A DNA stretch of 64,000 nucleotides, from the NCBI GenBank assembly GCA_051859245.1, contig JBHYGA010000001.1, positions 288,001 to 352,000 of the forward strand, written 5' to 3'. Below are positions 57,495 to 64,000 of this stretch, one piece after another. The translations under genes were made by a program, and so were the position numbers. Source of the stretch: Gemmatimonadaceae bacterium. GTDB taxonomy: Bacteria > Gemmatimonadota > Gemmatimonadetes > Gemmatimonadales > Gemmatimonadaceae. The notes beneath the pieces are model-generated. The model searched no databases, was not told the origin of the DNA, and saw only the letters and a list, made by a program, of their open reading frames with translations. Positions within the stretch are counted from its first letter, which is position 1. Every line of letters starts with the position of its first letter.

Positions 57495-57905
57495 ATGACG
57501 AGTGCAGCAGCGGCGTTAAACGCAACACATCTGGGTGCCTCGATCACCTGCAAGGATATCGAAGCGTCCATTCGCTTTTACCGAGACGCGATCGGATTCG
57601 CCGTGGCGCAGCAGATGGAACGCGAGGGCAAGGTGGTTGCGGCGGTTGTCGTCGCGGGTAACTGCCAGTTCATGTTGAATCAGGACGACGGCAAACTCGG
57701 CTGGGATCGCATCAAGGGGCAGGGCTTCTATTTGCAGATCAATGTGGCCGCTGCGGCGGATGTCGATGCAGCGGCTGCGCGCATTAAAGCGGCGGGTGGA
57801 ACGCTCCTGAGCGAACCGGCTGACCGTCCGTGGGGCGTGCGCATGTTTCAGTTCTATGATCTTGACGGATTCAAGCTGGGTGTCTCCACGCCACTCGTGA
57901 GCTAA
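57495..57905 (+). CDS. VOC/glyoxalase-family protein
   Basis: DIEASIRFYRDAIGF and DRPWGVRMF..DLDG. Confidence 0.9.
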   Translation: MTSAAAALNATHLGASITCKDIEASIRFYRDAIGFAVAQQMEREGKVVAAVVVAGNCQFMLNQDDGKLGWDRIKGQGFYLQINVAAAADVDAAAARIKAAGGTLLSEPADRPWGVRMFQFYDLDGFKLGVSTPLVS

Positions 57906-57914
57906 GGAGGTCGA

Positions 57915-59318
57915 ATGTCGATAGCGAAACGGTCCGCGTTTTTGCCGAGCGGACGCACGCGTGTTGCATCGGTCGTTGGCATTGTTTCCATGGCCGTTGC
58001 CGTACTGGCTACAACGCGTCAGGCCGATTCACTCGTCGCGCAGCACGCGGTGCCAACGTTTAGCGAAGACGTCGCGCCGATTCTGTACAAGAACTGCGTC
58101 AGCTGTCACCGGCCGGGTGGTCTCGGACCGTTCTCGCTCATCGAATACGACAGCGCCAAGGCGAATGCCCCTGAGATTGCGGACGCAGTCGAAACCGGCT
58201 ACATGCCACCGTGGCACGCCGAGGGACCACATGGCGAGTTTCGCAACGATCGGCGTTTAACCGCGCTTGAGAAGAGCACGATTGCACGCTGGATCGAAGG
58301 TGGTTCGAAGCCTGGTGATCTCGCGAAACTCCCGGCCAAGCCGGTGTTCGCGGACGGTTGGGAGATCGGTACTCCTGACGCAGTGATTGCGATGCAACAG
58401 GAGTTCACCGTACCCGCGTCTGGTACGATTGACTATCAGTACTTCGAAATTCCGACCAACTTTACCGAGGATAAGTGGGTCACGGCGATCGAGTTTATGC
58501 CTGGCGCACGCGAAGTGGTGCATCACGTGCTGGTGTACGCGAAAGTGCCGGCACCCAACGCACCGGCGGTCAATACAGCAGCTAGTGCGGGGAACGCGGC
58601 ACCAGCGGCAACTCCAGCCGCACGTCCTCGCCCGCTCTTTCTCGACAAGCCCGAGTATCAAACCCCGCGTGAGCCCGCGCGCCAGCCGGGGGACAAAAAT
58701 CCACCACCGCGTCAGCTCGGACAACTCATTGGCGCGACCGCGCCCGGAACTAACGTGATGCGCTTTCCCGAAGGCACGGCGCTTCGCGTGCGCGCGGGTA
58801 CGATCATCACGTTCCAGATGCACTACACGGCACACGGCCACGAAGAAACAGACCGCACCAAAGTGGGCTTTCAGTTCGCGGATGGCATGCCCAATGAAGA
58901 AATGCGCATGAGTGCATTCATCAATGGAAAGTTCGTATTGCCTGCTGGTGAGAAAAACGTGGCGGTAACCACGGAACTCGAGCCGACTGAACCGGTCAGG
59001 ATTTACGGGCTGTTGCCACACACGCATCTGCGCGGCAAACGCTGGAAGTATGAGCTTAAGCAGCCCGATGGTTCGTCGCGCGTGGTGCTCGACATTCCGC
59101 GTTACGATTTCAACTGGCAGACGTACTACTTTTTCAGCACGCCGCTTGAAGTCGTCGGCGGCGCGAAACTCGTCTCCACCGCGTGGTATGACAACTCGGC
59201 GAGCAACCCCAGCAACCCGGACGCGAAAATCAACGTCACGTGGGGCGATCAGACGTGGGATGAGATGCAGTACACGGCGTTCTTGTACACGGTACCCAGT
59301 CGAAAACTCAATCGATAA
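57915..59318 (+). CDS. Cytochrome c fused to a copper type II (PHM/DbM-like) monooxygenase
   Basis: CVSCH with MPPW; VVHHV, QMHY, PHTH and DEM copper ligands; YDFNWQ. Confidence 0.82.
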   Translation: MSIAKRSAFLPSGRTRVASVVGIVSMAVAVLATTRQADSLVAQHAVPTFSEDVAPILYKNCVSCHRPGGLGPFSLIEYDSAKANAPEIADAVETGYMPPWHAEGPHGEFRNDRRLTALEKSTIARWIEGGSKPGDLAKLPAKPVFADGWEIGTPDAVIAMQQEFTVPASGTIDYQYFEIPTNFTEDKWVTAIEFMPGAREVVHHVLVYAKVPAPNAPAVNTAASAGNAAPAATPAARPRPLFLDKPEYQTPREPARQPGDKNPPPRQLGQLIGATAPGTNVMRFPEGTALRVRAGTIITFQMHYTAHGHEETDRTKVGFQFADGMPNEEMRMSAFINGKFVLPAGEKNVAVTTELEPTEPVRIYGLLPHTHLRGKRWKYELKQPDGSSRVVLDIPRYDFNWQTYYFFSTPLEVVGGAKLVSTAWYDNSASNPSNPDAKINVTWGDQTWDEMQYTAFLYTVPSRKLNR

Positions 59319-59339
59319 CCGTGCCGTCAACGCACTCGT

Positions 59340-60659
59340 TCACCCTCCGAGTTCGTTCAGTCTCGGATTCACAAAATTATTGAAGATTGAACCGAAGGTG
59401 AACGTGAGCCCCACACTCCCGCGCAGCCGATACGCCGTGGCGAGTGCGCGCTGACGCGTGAGCACTTCATCATCGCTCACATCACCGCGCGGCAAGTAGA
59501 GCTGGTCCTGCACCTTGGACGCCTCGGCGCTCAGCTCGAGGGAGAGACCGCGCGAAAGACGCAACGTGGTGCGTCCGTTGAACGTGAGATTGTAGCGGTC
59601 GGTGTCATGCAGGTACTGCGTGTATCGCAGTGCGCCGTCCAACTGCCCCCACGGTTGACGCGACTCGCCCGCGACCACGGCGCGAGCGACTGGGCGCAGT
59701 TCCGAGGCCCGATCGAAGATGGTGATCTCGTTGTAGTCGTAGAAGCGCCCACCAACGGAGAGAATGCCAACAAACTGTCGACTGGTTGCCTCGCGCCACG
59801 GAAACAGATTGTACTCGGCCGACACTTCGACGTTCGCGTACGCATCCTCATTGCGGAATTCGTTCAAGCCGGCACGCGCGCGTGTCCCAACAGACCAGTG
59901 ATCACTGAGACTTCGAACTACCCGCGCTGTGGCTTGCGCTGAGCGCAGAATGAAGCGACGCTCACCGCCGTCGGATAATTCGAAGCGTCTTGACTGGTAT
60001 TCGTTGTCGGCATTGAACTCCAGCTTCCACTCTTCGGTAATCCGATTGGCGCTGAGCGAGCCCGACACGCGATACTCGCCGGAGCGACTCTCCGACTCGG
60101 CGTTGCCGTTCATGCGGACCCGGTACACCCAGAGGTTCCACGGGTCGGTCGGCGTCTGCCCCACGGCTACGTCATCGCCCTCCGGTGGTGCATAGGCCAC
60201 CATCAGCCGATCAGCGAGTCCGGCGGCCTGCGCATTGCGCGCCAGTCTCCCCACGAGCCCCACATGCACCATGCGCGCGAGATTCCGTCGGCGCATGTCT
60301 TCGCTGATGTTCGGAGGCGTGGTGGTGACGAGCGTATCGATTCGACCGTCGAAACTGCGCTGTCCGATGAACTGCAACGTGTACTCGCCGCCTCCGGAAC
60401 CAGTCGTGATGCGCGTGACGAGCAGGTGGATATCCGCATCGAGCCGGTCCTGCGTGAATACCGCGTACGGATGCTCGGTAATGAAGAAATTGCGGTCACA
60501 TCCACCCGTGGGGCAGTCGAGGAACACCTTCAGTCGCGGGTCGGCGGTCGCCGACTTGGCAGTCGCGGTCTGAGCGGCTGCGAGCGACGGCACGCAGAAC
60601 AACAGGATGACGAGCAGCACACGACATGCGTGCCGGGCGGAGCGTTGGGGAGAGGGCAT
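59340..60659 (-). CDS. Hypothetical exported protein, probable outer-membrane beta-barrel
   Basis: Signal peptide; N-terminal VFLDC...CD domain; alternating amphipathic strands to the C-terminus. Confidence 0.65.
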   Translation of the reverse strand: MPSPQRSARHACRVLLVILLFCVPSLAAAQTATAKSATADPRLKVFLDCPTGGCDRNFFITEHPYAVFTQDRLDADIHLLVTRITTGSGGGEYTLQFIGQRSFDGRIDTLVTTTPPNISEDMRRRNLARMVHVGLVGRLARNAQAAGLADRLMVAYAPPEGDDVAVGQTPTDPWNLWVYRVRMNGNAESESRSGEYRVSGSLSANRITEEWKLEFNADNEYQSRRFELSDGGERRFILRSAQATARVVRSLSDHWSVGTRARAGLNEFRNEDAYANVEVSAEYNLFPWREATSRQFVGILSVGGRFYDYNEITIFDRASELRPVARAVVAGESRQPWGQLDGALRYTQYLHDTDRYNLTFNGRTTLRLSRGLSLELSAEASKVQDQLYLPRGDVSDDEVLTRQRALATAYRLRGSVGLTFTFGSIFNNFVNPRLNELGG

Positions 60660-60779
60660 TGCGCAACATAGAGGGTGGATCCGGGCCAGTGCACCCGTAG
60701 GGGCACTTGCCTTTCCATGGGGAGTGGTGGACACTACCTCTACGACTCACCACTGCCATCCGTTCAAACGGAGACGACC

Positions 60780-61313
60780 ATGTCAGAGCACGACCGACCG
60801 GCGACGACGCTGGCGGGACTCGATGTGCGGCTTGAGCGCGATGTGTTCTTGCGTTCCATGCTGCGTGAGCTCGCAGGTACCCTGCAGGATGTTGTCGGAC
60901 TTGATGAAGCGTCGGGTTTTATCAGCGTGGTCGGTCAGCGCATCGGCGACGAGCTGAACGCCAGTTATCGCGCGGCGCTCGGGGTTCCCTCGTTGAACCG
61001 CGAACAGGTGGCCGATGTGCTGGTCGATCTGAAACAGCGCATCAACGGCGAGTTTGTCATCGTCGAGCAGGATGACGAACGCATCGTGTACGCCAACACG
61101 CGCTGTCCATTCGCCGAGAAGGTGGTCGATCGACCCGCACTCTGCATGATGACATCGAACGTGTTCGGCAACATTGCCGCCGAAAACCTCGGCTACGCGC
61201 GTGTGGTGCTCGAGGAAACCATTGCGCAGGGTGCCGCTGGTTGTCGTGTGGTTGTGCATCTTACGTCGTCGGACGAACAAACGCCGGCGGGACGCGAGTA
61301 CTTTCGCGCGTAA
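60780..61313 (+). CDS. Methanogen output domain 1 (MetOD1, V4R-like) protein
   Basis: [21 protein letters not shown] and [11 protein letters not shown] with three Cys. Confidence 0.8.
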   Translation: MSEHDRPATTLAGLDVRLERDVFLRSMLRELAGTLQDVVGLDEASGFISVVGQRIGDELNASYRAALGVPSLNREQVADVLVDLKQRINGEFVIVEQDDERIVYANTRCPFAEKVVDRPALCMMTSNVFGNIAAENLGYARVVLEETIAQGAAGCRVVVHLTSSDEQTPAGREYFRA

Positions 61314-61329
61314 AGATTCAGCCAAGACG

Positions 61330-62934
61330 ATGACAGACACTCCCTTTTTGTCCGCCGCCGAATGGCTCCCGGACGCGCTCTTGCTCGTCACGCCCAGTGG
61401 AACCTTGCTTGGCGCCAACCGTGCGGCTCGCACGTTGCTCGGCGAAGGCGCGAGCAATGGCAACGCCGGTGGTTCTCTGCTCGCACTGCTCGATGGTGAT
61501 CGTTCTTCTGTATTGGAGTCTCTCAGAAACGGAGCGCGCACCCGGCAGCCGTTGCCTGGCGCCATTACGTTGAGGATCAGCGCTGACGTTTCGCGACGGT
61601 TTCGCTCGACCGTTCGGCTGCTGCAACCTGCGAGTGCAAACGATCCGGCAGTGCTGCTGCTGCAACTGCAAGAGAATGACGGCGCATCATCACGGTTCAA
61701 GGAACTGAACGATCGATTGGCGCAACTGAACGCTGCGTTGCGGCGGCAGAAAGAAGCGGAGGAAGAGCGCCGACGCCTCGAAGCGCAGATGTTGCAGACG
61801 CAAAAGCTTGAGAGTCTGGGCGTGCTCGCGGGAGGAATCGCACATGACTTCAATAATCTGCTCACGAGCGTGATTGGCTACTGCGATCTCGCGCGCGGCG
61901 AAGTCGCGGGTAACACCGCCGCTCGTGAGTTTCTGGACGAAGCGGTCACCGGGGCTCGGCGTGCGGCGGAGCTCACGCAACAGATGCTGGCGTATTCGGG
62001 CAAGGGCACACTCGTCGTGGGGCCGGTGCAGCTCTCTACGCTGGTCACCGACATCACGCGGTTGCTTGAGGTTTCGATCTCAAAGAAGTGCGTGTTGCGT
62101 TACAACCTGATGGAGAACCTGCCCACCTGTCGTGGTGATGCCACGCAGCTTCGGCAGGTGATCATGAATCTGATCATCAACGCCTCCGACGCGATTGGCG
62201 AGCAGAGTGGTGTGATTGCCTTGACCACAGGAGTTGCGTGGTGCGACAGTGCGTATCTCGCCGAGAATTTTGTTGACGATAATCTGCCAGAAGGGTTGTA
62301 CGTTCACCTGGAGGTGGCGGACACGGGCAGTGGCATGTCACAGGAAACACGCCAGCGCATTTTCGACCCGTTCTTCACTACCAAGTTTACCGGACGAGGT
62401 CTCGGACTCGCGGCCGTGCTCGGTATTGTACGCGGGCATAACGGTGCGATCCGCGTGTACAGCGAACTCGGTCGTGGCACCACGTTCAAGATGCTGTTGC
62501 CGGCCGAGCAAACGCTGGAGCAGGCGTCAGTCGCAGCAGCGCCCGATGCCGTGGCATGGCGGGGCAGCGGATCCATACTTGTGGTAGATGACGAGGAGAG
62601 CATTCGCGGGCTCACTCGGCACATGCTTACACAAATGGGTTTTGACGTAGCGACGGCGTGTGACGGACGCGAAGGCGTGGAGGTGTTTCGCCAGATGCAG
62701 GAAAAGAATCCACTTGTGCTGCTTGACCTCACCATGCCGCATGTCGATGGTGCCGCCGCATTTGCGCAACTCCGTCGGATTCGCCCGGACGTACGCGTGA
62801 TTCTCATGAGCGGCTACAACGAACACTCCATATCCGCGCAGTTCGCAGGAAAAGGGCCGCTGGGTTTTATCCAGAAGCCGTTTCGGCTCAGCGAACTGCG
62901 TGAGTTACTTCGGTCGACGTTGGAGCGGGCTTAG
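61330..62934 (+). CDS. Cytoplasmic PAS-HisKA-HATPase-REC hybrid histidine kinase
   Basis: GGIAHDFNN, QVIMNLIINA, FDPFFTTK and GRGLGL; C-terminal receiver (VDDE, LDLTMP, KPF); no TM. Confidence 0.95.
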   Translation: MTDTPFLSAAEWLPDALLLVTPSGTLLGANRAARTLLGEGASNGNAGGSLLALLDGDRSSVLESLRNGARTRQPLPGAITLRISADVSRRFRSTVRLLQPASANDPAVLLLQLQENDGASSRFKELNDRLAQLNAALRRQKEAEEERRRLEAQMLQTQKLESLGVLAGGIAHDFNNLLTSVIGYCDLARGEVAGNTAAREFLDEAVTGARRAAELTQQMLAYSGKGTLVVGPVQLSTLVTDITRLLEVSISKKCVLRYNLMENLPTCRGDATQLRQVIMNLIINASDAIGEQSGVIALTTGVAWCDSAYLAENFVDDNLPEGLYVHLEVADTGSGMSQETRQRIFDPFFTTKFTGRGLGLAAVLGIVRGHNGAIRVYSELGRGTTFKMLLPAEQTLEQASVAAAPDAVAWRGSGSILVVDDEESIRGLTRHMLTQMGFDVATACDGREGVEVFRQMQEKNPLVLLDLTMPHVDGAAAFAQLRRIRPDVRVILMSGYNEHSISAQFAGKGPLGFIQKPFRLSELRELLRSTLERA

Positions 62935-63626
62935 CGCTCGTCCGCCGCGGCGCCGATTCCGAGTCCCTCACTACCCCCACCTCCGCCGCCACCTCCGCCG
63001 CCACCACCCCCGCCTCCGCCATCGCGGCCCTCGCTTCCGCCCTTACCTCGGCCACCGGATCCTCCTCCACTCGCCGGACGAGTGGGGCCCTGTTTCGGAA
63101 TGGACAGCGCGCTCGGCACCGGCTCAAGGTCGAGCACCGTACGAATAAAATCGCGCAACGAGACTACCAGTTCGTCAGTGTGTACTGGAAGACCCGCGGC
63201 GAGATCTGTCGCGGCCTTCGCGGCGAGTCGCACGTGCTCGTCGTTCCCCAGTAGTATCACGTCGGATAACGCGGCTTCAACGGCATCGCGAATGCGCCGA
63301 GCGCGCTCGCCAGGGCCGGCGATGTCTTCGCTGGATGGGACGCCACTGCCCTCGATCACGTCCACTGCTGCGCGCCGGCTGAGCAAATCGCGCAGATGTG
63401 TGGGATCAACAGACAAGTTGCCGCTGAACGAGCCGCCGAGCGTCTTGTATGCCGCAATCAGTGTGCGCAAGCGCTCGTTGATCTGACGATTCTCCCGCTG
63501 ACGGCGCTGTTGCACTGTTTCCATCACCAACAAGCGAATGCCTACCATCAACAGTGTCACGACGACCAGACTAATCAATGTTGTCATGACGCCCTGCCAC
63601 GAACTGAAATCCATGTTTCGCATCAT
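62931..63626 (-). CDS. Hypothetical single-TM protein with poly-Gly tail
   Basis: N-terminal TM, RENRQINERLR, YKTLGGSF and a long Gly run. Confidence 0.75.
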   Translation of the reverse strand: MMRNMDFSSWQGVMTTLISLVVVTLLMVGIRLLVMETVQQRRQRENRQINERLRTLIAAYKTLGGSFSGNLSVDPTHLRDLLSRRAAVDVIEGSGVPSSEDIAGPGERARRIRDAVEAALSDVILLGNDEHVRLAAKAATDLAAGLPVHTDELVVSLRDFIRTVLDLEPVPSALSIPKQGPTRPASGGGSGGRGKGGSEGRDGGGGGGGGGGGGGGGGSEGLGIGAAADER

Positions 63627-63656
63627 CGGTGGAGCACGTGAGGGAATTGTCGGTTG

Positions 63657-64000
63657 CTAGTTGCTCCGCAGCGCATCGAGCGCCGCCATGGCATCGGGCA
63701 TGTGCTGTTCGAGCGCAAAGTACTCGGGCCAGGGATCATACGTCGACTGCGCCAGATCGGCGGCAGAAAAGATGGAGAAGTGCCCCGCATGATCATACGT
63801 ATCCAGATCGCGCCAACTGATCGGCACTGCAACCGTCGCGCCAGCACGCGCGCGCGTTGACCAGGGAGCGATCGCCGTTGCCCCGCGCTCGTTGCGAAGA
63901 TAGTCAATGAACAACTTGCCCTTGCGGCGCGCCTTGGACATGGAGGCGACAAATCGTGACGGTTCCCGATTGGCCAGCTCCGTAGCGATATCTCGGCAGA
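63657..64000 (-). CDS. ligD: LigD primase-polymerase domain, C-terminal part (gene starts beyond the window)
   Basis: KARRKGKLFIDYLRNERGATAIAPWSTRAR...VAVPISW; frame open to the window end. Confidence 0.9.
   Translation of the reverse strand, partial: CRDIATELANREPSRFVASMSKARRKGKLFIDYLRNERGATAIAPWSTRARAGATVAVPISWRDLDTYDHAGHFSIFSAADLAQSTYDPWPEYFALEQHMPDAMAALDALRSN

Noticed and set aside
1..64000. Many long opposite-strand or alternate-frame ORFs (e.g. 237-1673 -, 12991-13962 +, 41039-42052 +, 50660-51676 -, 58257-59330 -, 60783-61865 -)
   Set aside because: They shadow well-supported genes, have Arg/Ala/Pro-rich composition without motifs, and are expected in GC-rich DNA with few stop codons
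1..64000. Frequent GCGATCGC/CGATCG words (HIP1-like)
   Set aside because: About ten octamers seen, nearly all in coding sequence and explainable by Ala-Ile-Ala type codons; a codon-controlled count would be needed to claim enrichment
1..64000. Mobile element, prophage or integron explaining the resistance-like genes
   Set aside because: No integrase, transposase, terminal repeats, attC-like sites or clear composition break were seen

Overview
A gene-dense, GC-rich (roughly 60-65%, estimated by eye) bacterial chromosomal segment with about 66 CDS. I found no rRNA, tRNA, CRISPR array, integrase or transposase. The gene content (PEP-CTERM protein, Hanks kinase next to a PD40 propeller, paired exported amidohydrolases, ABC-permease/M1-peptidase fusion) suggests Gemmatimonadota or a similar diderm; this is inference only. 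The window is a patchwork of stress, detoxification, envelope and respiration genes: an exported DJ-1/PfpI protein with a two-component system, a Na+/H+ antiporter, a KirBac-like channel, an erythromycin-esterase-family lipoprotein, a subclass B3 metallo-beta-lactamase, a DinB/DUF1801/GyrI-like cluster, an ABC-M1 system, a SigZ-type ECF locus, a LuxR-TPR regulator with a methyltransferase, a divergent cbb3-type oxidase operon, phoD, BON-MscS, an amidohydrolase pair, a kinase/PD40/VOC/heme-copper-monooxygenase run, MetOD1 with a hybrid kinase, and the 3' end of ligD. The best candidate for an undescribed system is the SigZ locus. The same promoter-like motif (TGCGTC-N16-CGTCTT) occurs upstream of sigZ and again inside its 3' end, where it points at a 65-aa six-cysteine microprotein. 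Other strong leads are a Kir-like channel whose K+ filter reads TTNGTS instead of TxGYG, a heme c/PHM-type copper monooxygenase fusion downstream of a split kinase/TolB-like pair, and a MetOD1-hybrid kinase pair. All product calls come from motif recognition by eye, not from database searches.
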